Origin: a virus
Taxonomy: Duplodnaviria > Caudoviricetes
Length of the DNA stretch: 64,000 bases
Direction: 5' to 3' (one strand)
Virus record (IMG/VR): IMGVR_UViG_3300021133_000001
Coordinates: 76,181-140,180 of that record
The notes beneath the pieces are model-generated. The model worked only from the letters and a program-made list of their open reading frames with translations, searched no databases and was not told the origin of the DNA. Below are positions 54,710-63,844 of the stretch, piece after piece (positions within the stretch are counted from its first letter, which is position 1; every line of letters starts with the position of its first letter). The position numbers were made by a program, and so were the translations under genes.

Positions 54710-56265
54710 TGCCTCAATTTAGCACAGTTTTTAATGGAATAGCTCCATCGACTATTAATACTTTAAAGTATAATAACCAAAAGTATCAGTTAGATATTAT
54801 ATTTGATAACTTACAGGGTAATACTTTTCAACTTAATGTAGCGAGTATGGTTTCTTTAGACATACAGGAAAACACTACTGATTGGTTTAGAAGAGCTAGT
54901 TTAGTTATAAGCAATCCAGAAAAAATATTTGAGCAAAAAATAACTCCAAGTACTAATAAAAATCAGTACTATAAGTTCAGGAACGATGGTAGAGATATTG
55001 TTTATATACGTTTTAAGATTATAGACGACACAGATATAAACGTTGCACCTGCTAATATAGATTATAATGTGTGGGGTATGCAGTATAAGTTTGCTATATA
55101 CGACAAAGAAGATACCCCCGGTGATAGCCCCGCTAAAGAAACACTTAAGCTTTATTTGTGGGAATATGATCAGCAAATATTAAACGAAACCGCTTTACAG
55201 TGGTCTACTAATGAAGCACTACCTACTAATATTATACCAGCATATGCTACAGATGATCAAAAGCTAGTTAATACTGGTACTGCTATTAAAAGTCTATTAA
55301 ATAAAGCTTTAGCACATTCAGAACCACCAGTATTTTCAACAAACTGGGATATAGGTTCTAGTAAAGCGTTTTATAGTGCTCCGGCTAACTACACTGCTTA
55401 TGATAGCTTAAATTACTTGTTAAAAAAGCATGTTAGCTCTCAAATAGGGGCTGATGGAGGCGCAGACCCTTGTATTATTAATCGTTCTAGATATGATACT
55501 GTGTGGAACTTAACTTCATTTTGTAATATATTTAATAGTGCGGTAAAATATAACTTCTCAACAGCTGTTGCTGGTAATTTGCAAAGAGAAATTATTACTC
55601 TATCTTACCCTGGCGGTAACGATAGTGGCGGCTTCTTATTTGAATTACCTCAATCTCCTTTCGGTAGAAGCGACGGAAAAACCAATATACAGCACCCAAC
55701 CACAAGCAATATAACTAATATTAATTTTACAGACATGTCTACCATTGATAGCACTCAAGATATGGTGACAACTCCTTGTTATAGTAATGATTACAACAAT
55801 AAAGTATTTAATCTTGAAGTAGTTAGCAATGATATTACCAATGTAAAGAATTATATTGATAAGAACTATTCTAATAAGATGCGTATTAGTGCAAAACCTG
55901 ATACTCTTGTCACATTAAATAAAACTAAAACAGACACGTTAGCGGTTAAGAACGTTTACTCTTTAAGTCCAGATAAAACAAGTAGATTGGCAGAAAGTAG
56001 AAACTTTATGTTAATGTCTGCATTATATTATAATACTGCAGTAAGTTTTACAGCTTTAGGTTCTCCTATTAGAGAGTCTGGTACGTTTATTAGCATTGAA
56101 AAGGGCAAAGGCATTAATATGGACGAGTTTCATAACAAGTTGCTCGGGCAATGGTTTGTACATACAGTAGTACATCATTTTACTTTGGGTCAGTATACAA
56201 ACGATATAACAGCTGTTCGTGTACATGCTAACGATAACATTGATATAAGGAGCAATATAACCTAA
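54709..56265 (+). CDS. Baseplate hub protein, gp27-like
   Basis: Position before gp5; SLDIQEN; C-terminal GSPIRESGTFI...LLGQWFVHTVVHHF....YTNDITAVR is typical of hub proteins. Confidence 0.7.
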   Translation: MPQFSTVFNGIAPSTINTLKYNNQKYQLDIIFDNLQGNTFQLNVASMVSLDIQENTTDWFRRASLVISNPEKIFEQKITPSTNKNQYYKFRNDGRDIVYIRFKIIDDTDINVAPANIDYNVWGMQYKFAIYDKEDTPGDSPAKETLKLYLWEYDQQILNETALQWSTNEALPTNIIPAYATDDQKLVNTGTAIKSLLNKALAHSEPPVFSTNWDIGSSKAFYSAPANYTAYDSLNYLLKKHVSSQIGADGGADPCIINRSRYDTVWNLTSFCNIFNSAVKYNFSTAVAGNLQREIITLSYPGGNDSGGFLFELPQSPFGRSDGKTNIQHPTTSNITNINFTDMSTIDSTQDMVTTPCYSNDYNNKVFNLEVVSNDITNVKNYIDKNYSNKMRISAKPDTLVTLNKTKTDTLAVKNVYSLSPDKTSRLAESRNFMLMSALYYNTAVSFTALGSPIRESGTFISIEKGKGINMDEFHNKLLGQWFVHTVVHHFTLGQYTNDITAVRVHANDNIDIRSNIT

Positions 56266-57512
56266 TGTCTCTTAGTGCACAGTTTGTAGTACAATCAATA
56301 GACTATTACAATACTCTATTAACTATACCTGGCTACACGGTGCCTGGTTACGAAGATGAGCAGTATATTACTAAGGCTCACTATAGTACAGACTTTTCTT
56401 CTAACCCTATTGGTTCTAAAATAGACTTTTTTACTCATTTAAACGACCCTTGTGTTAGTATTGTTGCACCTCACCCGATTTTTACTATACCTAAGCCTTT
56501 ATCCGCATTAGACCCTCAATGGTTTAGCGGTTGGTGGGATCAGGCAATGTACTACTCTCACCCATTAGTCAAAGAGCAGTTAAGTGCTAACTACCCTAAC
56601 ATATATCAAGACTTTTCAGACTCAGTAGGTACCCTAGCATATGCCCCTACTGAACAAGATTATAATAGTCCTGCATTTGGTAGAGATACAATTAATCCTT
56701 CTATACAGCATAAAGTAATATCAGACTTGTTTAATGAAATGGACAAGCTAAACAACGATATGTTCAAGTTGTACCAAGCAGCTACACCTAAAGGGCTTGG
56801 TTTAAAGAGCGATACATTCTTAGGTCAAGTACTATCTAGACAGAGTGGTTCATATAGTATTAAGCTTCAAGTAAAGGGTAAGTTCGGTGCATTAACAGCA
56901 AAACTACCATTGGATACTATACTTGGCGGTAACTTAAATGCAGATCCGTTATGGAGTAATAAATCTACTATTAACAACATACAAGCTGCAGTTGATAAGG
57001 CTAACAAGTTTATTACAGAGCATTCTCCTGGTAGAATGATATCTAATGCATTGAATGACTTTAAGAAAAATATTAAAGAATACTTAAATAAAATCTCTCT
57101 ACCTAATATTAGTAAGTTACTGGGTATACCACAAGTTAATGTAACGGCTATAAGTAACACTATCAAGACGTTACAACAGTATGGTAGTGCTATAAATGCT
57201 ACTATAGGACAGGTACAAGGTACATTGACCGCAGTACAACAAGGTATAGCTTCAGTGGCAAGCACTATTAACAAAGAAACAAATCAAATTACAAGCGTGG
57301 TTAATACAGTGGTAAGAGCTCCTGGAGCAGTTACCGGTGCTAATGCTGTGGTGAATGTAGGTGGTGCTGATGCTTCTTTAAGTTACCAGCTGCCTAATCA
57401 AACAGTCGGTCTAAGTAAGAATGCTGTGACTATTGTACCAGGAACAGTTAAATCTAATGGCGATCCAGCCGTAGTAAAGATTTCAACATTACAACAACCT
57501 CCAGGAAACTAA
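56265..57512 (+). CDS. Hypothetical protein between hub and spike
   Basis: 415 aa, coupled on both sides (TAATG overlap upstream, 1-nt gap downstream); Ala/Val/Thr/Gln-rich helical C-terminal third. Confidence 0.7.
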   Translation: MSLSAQFVVQSIDYYNTLLTIPGYTVPGYEDEQYITKAHYSTDFSSNPIGSKIDFFTHLNDPCVSIVAPHPIFTIPKPLSALDPQWFSGWWDQAMYYSHPLVKEQLSANYPNIYQDFSDSVGTLAYAPTEQDYNSPAFGRDTINPSIQHKVISDLFNEMDKLNNDMFKLYQAATPKGLGLKSDTFLGQVLSRQSGSYSIKLQVKGKFGALTAKLPLDTILGGNLNADPLWSNKSTINNIQAAVDKANKFITEHSPGRMISNALNDFKKNIKEYLNKISLPNISKLLGIPQVNVTAISNTIKTLQQYGSAINATIGQVQGTLTAVQQGIASVASTINKETNQITSVVNTVVRAPGAVTGANAVVNVGGADASLSYQLPNQTVGLSKNAVTIVPGTVKSNGDPAVVKISTLQQPPGN

Positions 57513-57513
57513 T

Positions 57514-59679
57514 ATGGTAGACAAATTTGATAGCATTTATCTAGGAATAGTAGTACAAAACAATGACCCAGAACATAGAGGCAGGGTTAAGGTTTGGGTA
57601 CCACACGTATCATTAAACGTGTATGATAAGTGGAGTCAGTTAAAACAAGATCAATCGTTTTCATTTCCTGGTTCTCCTGGTGGAGAGAACATTAGTGCTA
57701 TATTACCAGAACTAAAAGACGCGTTACCTTGGGCTGAATTTGCTAGTCCTATTGTAGGTGCTTCTACAGCTGGTTACTACAATGCTGCAACAGATACTAA
57801 TACAGTTTCAGATGCACCACTAGCATATGCACATCCTAATAGCAATTACGCTAACTCTTCTTCTGCTACTAATTTAGACCCTGAACAAAAGGGAGGTAAG
57901 CCCGGGGCATATTTTGAGACTAACCCGGTAAGTGATGCTTTTGGGAATACTTCTAAAATAAATAGCGCTCACTTCAATCAGTTTTCAAATACATATAAAC
58001 CTGCCACTTATTCCAACTCTGCTAAAGGTTTATTCTCTATACCTAATGTAGGTGCGCATGTTTGGGTATTCTTTAAAGAAGGTTCACCATTGTTTCCGGT
58101 TTATTTTGGTGCATCATTTGGTAGTGCTGATTTTAATAGTATATTCAAATCTGGAGATAATATCTATCCAGATTATCCTGATGCGTTTGAAAATAAAGAC
58201 CGCAGAGCCGGTCCTATTACAAACGATAATGTAAGATATCAAAACAAAATGGTACTCAATCAAAAGGGTGCTGCTATTGAAATCATTAACACTACTGATA
58301 GGGAATCTTACAAGGTAACTCATTACAAAGGTGGTTACTACGAAATAAATAACAAGTATACTGCTATGTTTAACCCTGATAATTTTCAGTTGTTAACACT
58401 AGCCGATAAGTTCGAAACAGTTAACGGTCACAACAATCTTTTTGTACAGAGAGACTTTGATAATATAATACAAGGCGATCATTACCTTAAAGTAGGTAAC
58501 TTTAATACTAAAGCTGCTGCTAAATGGTATGACTTATTCTCTAAATCGGGTCTAGCTAATATAACAGATTTAAACGCTTATCAAGCTACATTACAAAGTC
58601 TAACGAACCCATTATCAAACCATGAAAAGGATATGGGATTTGGTGGTAATAGTTTTGAGTTTATATCTAAACATAAAACAGTTGCAGTTGGTTTGGTTCG
58701 TAATACCTCGCCTGCATATTATCTAGATAATCTTAGCTTGCTTACTTCGGGTAAATCTGTTGCTACTCGTGTTGGTCCTTTTATAGCTGCACCGTTTGAA
58801 TTCGGTGCTAACTATGTTAGTTTTGCATCTTATAAAGAGCTTAGTGTACCAGATATGCCTGGTGGTAACTATGACATATTCGCTATGAACAGACTTAAAA
58901 TGCAGTCTGGTAACGGTGGTATGACCATGCAAACCGGCGGTAACATGAAAATATCAGGTGGTACAGTAGAGGTAAGAGGCGACCTAGTTACAATGGGTAC
59001 TAAGGATGGAACCTTAGGATTATATGGTAGTTTAGTTACTATTGAAGCAGATGTACTAAGTTTAAAGAACGTTAATAAAGGTCAAGTAGTAGTTGACAGT
59101 ACTTTGGGTGTGACTAATAACGTTATTATTGGTGGTGGTGCGTATATTGGTGGTGAATTATTTGTTAATCACATTACCGCCCCTATAGAGTATCAAGTAA
59201 CTGAAAACACTCAAATAATAGCTTCTGGTCCGATAGTAAACCCTGAAGGTACACCAGATGTGCCTGCTTCTGGTTGGAACATAATAAACTCAGACGTTAT
59301 AGGTACAATGCAGCTTATTATACCACCATTAAATGTGGTTGGTAGTGCAACTACTTACTCAATAGTAAACGTACAAGTACTTGGCGGTCAAATAGACGTT
59401 AATGCAGCGGGTTCTGGTACATTAACTATTGCACAACCACACTCTCACGTATTTAAAAATATACCTCTCACCTTAACCGCAGATAAGATTAACCAAGGTT
59501 TAGCTGCAGCGGCTGGGGTTGGTGCTAATGACTCAACACCTATTCAATCTGAAGACAGAGTAGATGGTAGAATACAAACTGTGGGTATCCCACCACCCGT
59601 TATTTACGTTACGGGTACTGCCGGTGCACCGTTTGGTGGTCCAAACGGGCCCGGTTCCCAACAACCAGATCTAGCTTAA
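57514..59679 (+). CDS. Baseplate central spike, gp5/VgrG-like
   Basis: OB-fold YLGIVVQNNDPEHRGRVKVWVP...LPWA...IPNVGAHVWVFF.EG...PVYFG; beta-helix-like repeats; late HSH motif. Confidence 0.88.
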   Translation: MVDKFDSIYLGIVVQNNDPEHRGRVKVWVPHVSLNVYDKWSQLKQDQSFSFPGSPGGENISAILPELKDALPWAEFASPIVGASTAGYYNAATDTNTVSDAPLAYAHPNSNYANSSSATNLDPEQKGGKPGAYFETNPVSDAFGNTSKINSAHFNQFSNTYKPATYSNSAKGLFSIPNVGAHVWVFFKEGSPLFPVYFGASFGSADFNSIFKSGDNIYPDYPDAFENKDRRAGPITNDNVRYQNKMVLNQKGAAIEIINTTDRESYKVTHYKGGYYEINNKYTAMFNPDNFQLLTLADKFETVNGHNNLFVQRDFDNIIQGDHYLKVGNFNTKAAAKWYDLFSKSGLANITDLNAYQATLQSLTNPLSNHEKDMGFGGNSFEFISKHKTVAVGLVRNTSPAYYLDNLSLLTSGKSVATRVGPFIAAPFEFGANYVSFASYKELSVPDMPGGNYDIFAMNRLKMQSGNGGMTMQTGGNMKISGGTVEVRGDLVTMGTKDGTLGLYGSLVTIEADVLSLKNVNKGQVVVDSTLGVTNNVIIGGGAYIGGELFVNHITAPIEYQVTENTQIIASGPIVNPEGTPDVPASGWNIINSDVIGTMQLIIPPLNVVGSATTYSIVNVQVLGGQIDVNAAGSGTLTIAQPHSHVFKNIPLTLTADKINQGLAAAAGVGANDSTPIQSEDRVDGRIQTVGIPPPVIYVTGTAGAPFGGPNGPGSQQPDLA

Positions 59680-60170
59680 GATCTAGGCAATACGTTATTA
59701 GTTGTAAGAACGTAAACAGGTTCTTTAGTCTTAATCTTAAGATTGTTAGTCTTAAAGAACTTGTTCGGTACGTTAGCAATAGCTTGACCAATAGATGATA
59801 CTGGATACTTTTGGCCCTTCTTAGAAGCGTTAAAGTTGTATGCACCGCTCTTAATAGAGTCTAATACAGTAGCTACATCATCATTTTCTGGAATCTGTAA
59901 TACCCAACCTACTAAGTCTTTATTAATAATACCGTTTGTATCAGATACTAAGATAACGAACTGTTGTTTTGGCTTTGGTTCACCTTCTTCATCATTACCA
60001 GTTTCTTCAGAAACATCAACTGCTTCTTCTTCTGTTTTAGCTGCTTCATCAACAGCTACTGTAGCATTACTTAAGAGCTCGAGGATTTCATCAATCGTCT
60101 CTTGGTTATCTACAGTCTTTTGCAGCGCTGCAACTACAGCTTGTAATTTAACGTATTCTTCTTTTGACAT
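59676..60170 (-). CDS. Hypothetical protein
   Basis: 164 aa ORF, acidic N-terminal half, ATG start. Confidence 0.7.
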   Translation of the reverse strand: MSKEEYVKLQAVVAALQKTVDNQETIDEILELLSNATVAVDEAAKTEEEAVDVSEETGNDEEGEPKPKQQFVILVSDTNGIINKDLVGWVLQIPENDDVATVLDSIKSGAYNFNASKKGQKYPVSSIGQAIANVPNKFFKTNNLKIKTKEPVYVLTTNNVLPRS

Positions 60171-60281
60171 AGTATGTTATTGGTTACAGGTACTATGTTA
60201 TACCATATTTTTACTTAATCAAGTATAATCCTTGGATTTTTCTTGTTTAAACACTGTACACACATAAGTATAGTCAATAAT

Positions 60282-60506
60282 ATGAAGTTTCAAGAGCTAA
60301 TGGAACAGTATGGCATGATAAAGAAAGAACAGCGTATGTTCTACCCTAAAAACTTTAATCTGTCTGAAGGATTTCTTAAAGCGCTTAAAGCTGAAATTGC
60401 TTTACAAGAAAAAGCAGGTATTACCCCTGAAAAGTTTTCACATAAACTTAATAGAGCATTACAGTTTCATATTTCAGAACATAAAAAAACCCCTGCACCG
60501 AAGTGA
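60282..60506 (+). CDS. Small hypothetical protein
   Basis: ATG at 60282 (MKFQELMEQY) with TAAGTA at 60265-60270, preferred over TTG at 60243. Confidence 0.65.
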   Translation: MKFQELMEQYGMIKKEQRMFYPKNFNLSEGFLKALKAEIALQEKAGITPEKFSHKLNRALQFHISEHKKTPAPK

Positions 60507-60512
60507 GGGGTT
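60483..60512 (-). terminator. Rho-independent terminator for the outer-membrane protein gene
   Basis: Minus strand aacccct-cac-ttcg-gtg-c-aggggtt-ttttt (UUCG tetraloop). Confidence 0.85.
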
Positions 60513-60544
60513 AGATGTTTGTCGGGTGTGAATTGTTCTAGGTC

Positions 60545-61276
60545 TTAGAACTTGAATTTGTAACCAACGTTATAACCAGTGATTTGAGCGGCTGAGTCTG
60601 TTAATGAGGTGCGTTGAGCAAATAGATTTGCTGTTACACCGTGGAACTCAAGACCAATACCTGGTTGATAATATTTCTTAACGTTCTTAAGAGCAGCAAT
60701 TGTAGCAGCACCTGGGTCATTAAAGCCAACAACTAGTGCTGGAACAACTTTAAGAGCGCCAAATGTATTAATTGGTGTGTTAACACCGAATTCATAGTTG
60801 TTGCTACGATTTACTGTATCGTTTAGAGCACGGCCTTGCCAGTTAAGATGACCACCAAACCAGCTACCACTTAATTTAACAAATGGTAAAAAGTTGTGAT
60901 TAGCTTGACCAGCGGCTTCTGCTGCATTTACGTGTCTTAGTTCTGCACCGAGTGTTAAGTCAGCGAGAGGAGACGTGAATTTATAACCAGCATCGAGATA
61001 AACGCGCTTTAGACCAGAAGCATCGGTTGTTGATACTGTTTTACCAGCTACAACTGAAGTTGTGGTTGTGTCGCTAACTTTGTCAAATGCTGTTACAGCA
61101 AGATCAATGCCGTATACATTTGTATCAACGCCAGCTGTTGCATAGTTAGTGCCAACTAATTGACCTTGTTGGATTAACTTTGAAGTAAATCCGAGGTCTA
61201 AGTCACCGCTAACTGGAGCAGCATTTACAACGATTGCGATTAATGACAATGCGAGGAATGTTAATAGTTTCTTCAT
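60545..61276 (-). CDS. Outer-membrane beta-barrel protein (porin-like) with signal peptide
   Basis: MKKLLTFLALSLIAIVVNA signal peptide; alternating amphipathic strands; C-terminal YNVGYKFKF beta-signal ending in Phe. Confidence 0.85.
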   Translation of the reverse strand: MKKLLTFLALSLIAIVVNAAPVSGDLDLGFTSKLIQQGQLVGTNYATAGVDTNVYGIDLAVTAFDKVSDTTTTSVVAGKTVSTTDASGLKRVYLDAGYKFTSPLADLTLGAELRHVNAAEAAGQANHNFLPFVKLSGSWFGGHLNWQGRALNDTVNRSNNYEFGVNTPINTFGALKVVPALVVGFNDPGAATIAALKNVKKYYQPGIGLEFHGVTANLFAQRTSLTDSAAQITGYNVGYKFKF

Positions 61277-61282
61277 ACTCTA

Positions 61283-61290
61283 TATTTATA
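61283..61290 (-). promoter_or_regulatory. TATAAATA upstream of the outer-membrane protein gene
   Basis: Minus strand TATAAATAtagagtATG. Confidence 0.6.
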
Positions 61291-61350
61291 TATTATAAAC
61301 AAAAAATAGCAACTTCCTTGCAAATATTTTATGCTTCTCTAATTAAGGAT

Positions 61351-62151
61351 ATGGTAACAGTATACTACGGAGATGGTAATAGAACAGGCAATCAAATGCT
61401 TATGTACGTTACCGCTCAGTTATTTGCTAAAAAGTTTGGATATGTTTTTGAGCCTGAACCTCTTTACGGTTTTGCTTTGTCTCCAGATAGACCTCAAATA
61501 GTAACTTCAGGTTTTAATGAGCCTGGTAAACCATTACACACTATACCCAATACTGGTACTAAACGATTTACTGAACCAGTTATACCTGTACACGATTTAA
61601 ATCTATTAGAACTATTAAACAAGGATAGTATATCTGATGCACGTTACCATTTTTTACATTGGTTTCAAATAAAAGATTACGTGCTACAATATCGTAACGA
61701 AATAAGAAGTATGTTTGAAATTGAGTATAAACCGCAGCCAAAAGATCAGATGATGGTAGTTGTACGGTTGGGAGATGTAGCTCATAGAAGACAAAGACTA
61801 CCTTTATCTTATTATATAGAAGCAATAGAACTTTTAATTAAGAAAGGTTGCACCGGTGGTTATATTACATCTGATAGTATGAACCACCCGGACGTTGTAG
61901 AGCTTATAAATCGTTACGGGCTTAAGCCTTATTATAATGATGTACCTATTGAAAAGATTAACCATGTAAAAGACTTTGATAATATTGTCTTGAGTGAAGG
62001 TACATTCTGTTGGTGGATGGGTATGTTAAGCAATGCTACTAATGTAGTATGTAATGATCGTAGAGATCGTTTTGTGTGGCACGGTGATATATTTGTTTAT
62101 CCTGAATGGATAAAATTAAATCACGATTGTCCTGAATTACCTGAAATATAA
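61351..62151 (+). CDS. GT11-like (alpha-1,2-fucosyltransferase family) glycosyltransferase
   Basis: GNRTGNQMLMY (cf. GxLGNQMF), WFQ, VVRLGDV (cf. HVRRGDY), YYIEAI, ITSD, EGTFCWW (cf. NSTFSWW). Start moved to ATG 61351 to avoid overlap with the divergent gene. Confidence 0.8.
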   Translation: MVTVYYGDGNRTGNQMLMYVTAQLFAKKFGYVFEPEPLYGFALSPDRPQIVTSGFNEPGKPLHTIPNTGTKRFTEPVIPVHDLNLLELLNKDSISDARYHFLHWFQIKDYVLQYRNEIRSMFEIEYKPQPKDQMMVVVRLGDVAHRRQRLPLSYYIEAIELLIKKGCTGGYITSDSMNHPDVVELINRYGLKPYYNDVPIEKINHVKDFDNIVLSEGTFCWWMGMLSNATNVVCNDRRDRFVWHGDIFVYPEWIKLNHDCPELPEI

Positions 62152-62186
62152 AAAAAGGAACCCGACTCAGATTGCTCCAAGCCGGG
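62150..62186 (-). terminator. Rho-independent terminator
   Basis: Minus strand cccggcttgga-gcaa-tctgagtcggg then ttcc and T7. Confidence 0.75.
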
Positions 62187-62207
62187 CGTTATATTTCTAG
62201 TTAATAG

Positions 62208-62393
62208 TTAAAAAAGATGTTGATGAGGAAAACCAACGTGATCAAAAAACCACTGTTTTACCTTCTGCCAACTTCCTTTAAAACTTTCAACGAACTCTGA
62301 CTTTACCTTGCGGCTACCCACCTTGTAATCATCGAGGGCGATTTTTACAAGACCAGCAACAGCAAGATAACTTGTTATCATTAATGCTTGCAT
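62208..62393 (-). CDS. Small protein with hydrophobic N-terminus
   Basis: 61 aa ORF bracketed by an upstream TAAATA motif and a downstream terminator. Confidence 0.55.
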   Translation of the reverse strand: MQALMITSYLAVAGLVKIALDDYKVGSRKVKSEFVESFKGSWQKVKQWFFDHVGFPHQHLF

Positions 62394-62531
62394 AGTTGTT
62401 GTTGAGGTTAGAACCTCAGCCCGAAGGCCTCGGTTGTTATACTGGATACTGTCACCAGCACAAATATTTACTTGGAGTTTTTATATAATATAAAGAAAAT
62501 CCATAGAAATAAACTATCATTTCTATTTGGA

Positions 62532-63800
62532 TTAAAGATAGCTTTTAATAAACGCTAATTCAGGTATAATTTTATATGTATCTTCGCTTCTTATTGAGTC
62601 TAACTTTGCGGTAAAACTTATAAATTGTTTTGTCTTTTCTACATCGTGAGGCAGTTCTAAAGCGGTTAAAATATGTTTAAACCTTGTAGAAATGTCCCAA
62701 CCGGTAGTGTTTTTAAATTGTTCACAATATGTTTTAATTTTTGTTATACATTCATTTTTAAACGTATCTGGTAAACAAGAAACATGTAACTGATAATCAT
62801 ATGTTAACTCTATATTAAAATTAACATATTCCCGTTCTCTAAGAAGAATATTATTCTGAAAAAAATAGTCTATAATTTCAGGTAATCTAAACACGTTGTA
62901 AGCAGTTACTGTTATATGTGGTACAATTAAGAAATTATCTCTTAACGTGTATAAGTTCGCTTCGATATCTTTCCAAGTAACCCCTGTGGTTTTTCTTATC
63001 AACTCAGCTCGTTCACCTATTTCATCTATACTGGGGCGTATTTTAATTTTACCGCGTGGCCATTTTTTCCACAAATCGATTACATTCCAATTCTTGTATT
63101 TAAGTTTTGTTGCATTAGTATGATACGTTAACGTACAGTAATTGTTATTAGCTATTAAATACTCTAACAACTCGTAATGTTCATCCATTATAAGGGGTTC
63201 CCCACCGGCAAAACTTATAGTTTGAATTTTTGAGATATTACCTTTTAGATAATCTATAACAGACATTCCGTTAACTAGATCAAGAGTTTTATCTGGAATA
63301 CTATTTAAATAGTTTTCTGTAAAACCATATTTTTGGTTAGAGTTTTCAGTTTTTAATAACTTGCGGGCATCTTGTGTCCAGGCTGTACTGGAGCCCGGGT
63401 TACACATTCTACATTTAAGATTACATTTATTATTAAATCTTATATCTAACCACGTAATATCATAGCTAGAATTAAACCCGTTTTTATCAGTATTAGCAAT
63501 TAATGCTTCAATTTTATCTGCGTTTTCTTTAAGTACGCTCGTTCGAGGGCTTATATCTCCAGCTGCTTCTCTTTTATAACACTTTACACAAGCTGTTATT
63601 TTATTACCTGCAAGCATATCTTTTCTGTATTGCATCATTTGAGGAGAGTTCCAAATTTCATTAAGCGTTTTATCTTTTGTATTGCCTAATGCCCCTCTGT
63701 GATCAGCAGTCATTTTTGCACATGCAGATACATTACCGTCTGTACCTAGCATTAAAAACATCCATGGTTTAAGGCAAAAACTGCCGTTATCAGTAAACAT
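62532..63800 (-). CDS. Radical SAM protein with N-terminal Twitch/SPASM domain
   Basis: FCLKPW...DGNVSAC...LGN...EIWNS...CVKC; NKCNLKCRMC (CxxxCxxC); FAGGEPL; YHTN; SID. Confidence 0.92.
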   Translation of the reverse strand: MFTDNGSFCLKPWMFLMLGTDGNVSACAKMTADHRGALGNTKDKTLNEIWNSPQMMQYRKDMLAGNKITACVKCYKREAAGDISPRTSVLKENADKIEALIANTDKNGFNSSYDITWLDIRFNNKCNLKCRMCNPGSSTAWTQDARKLLKTENSNQKYGFTENYLNSIPDKTLDLVNGMSVIDYLKGNISKIQTISFAGGEPLIMDEHYELLEYLIANNNYCTLTYHTNATKLKYKNWNVIDLWKKWPRGKIKIRPSIDEIGERAELIRKTTGVTWKDIEANLYTLRDNFLIVPHITVTAYNVFRLPEIIDYFFQNNILLREREYVNFNIELTYDYQLHVSCLPDTFKNECITKIKTYCEQFKNTTGWDISTRFKHILTALELPHDVEKTKQFISFTAKLDSIRSEDTYKIIPELAFIKSYL

Positions 63801-63844
63801 ATAAAGGTATTTACTATAGGTAGTTATTTATAAGTCTGAGAAAA

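Noticed and set aside
43882-59679. Bacterial contractile injection system (eCIS, T6SS or tailocin) instead of a phage
   Set aside because: A T4-type terminase and neck gene are adjacent, late-promoter-like motifs are present, and no bacterial housekeeping context is seen.
51724-60228. Antisense ORFs of 60-135 aa (51724, 52393, 56867, 59836 and others)
   Set aside because: Fully or largely overlap longer, well-supported genes on the opposite strand and have no recognisable motifs.
38163-62151. ORF-track starts at 39230, 42806, 60243 and 61234
   Set aside because: They use upstream alternative starts that overlap divergent genes or the promoter motif; ATGs at 39167, 42815, 60282 and 61351 fit better.
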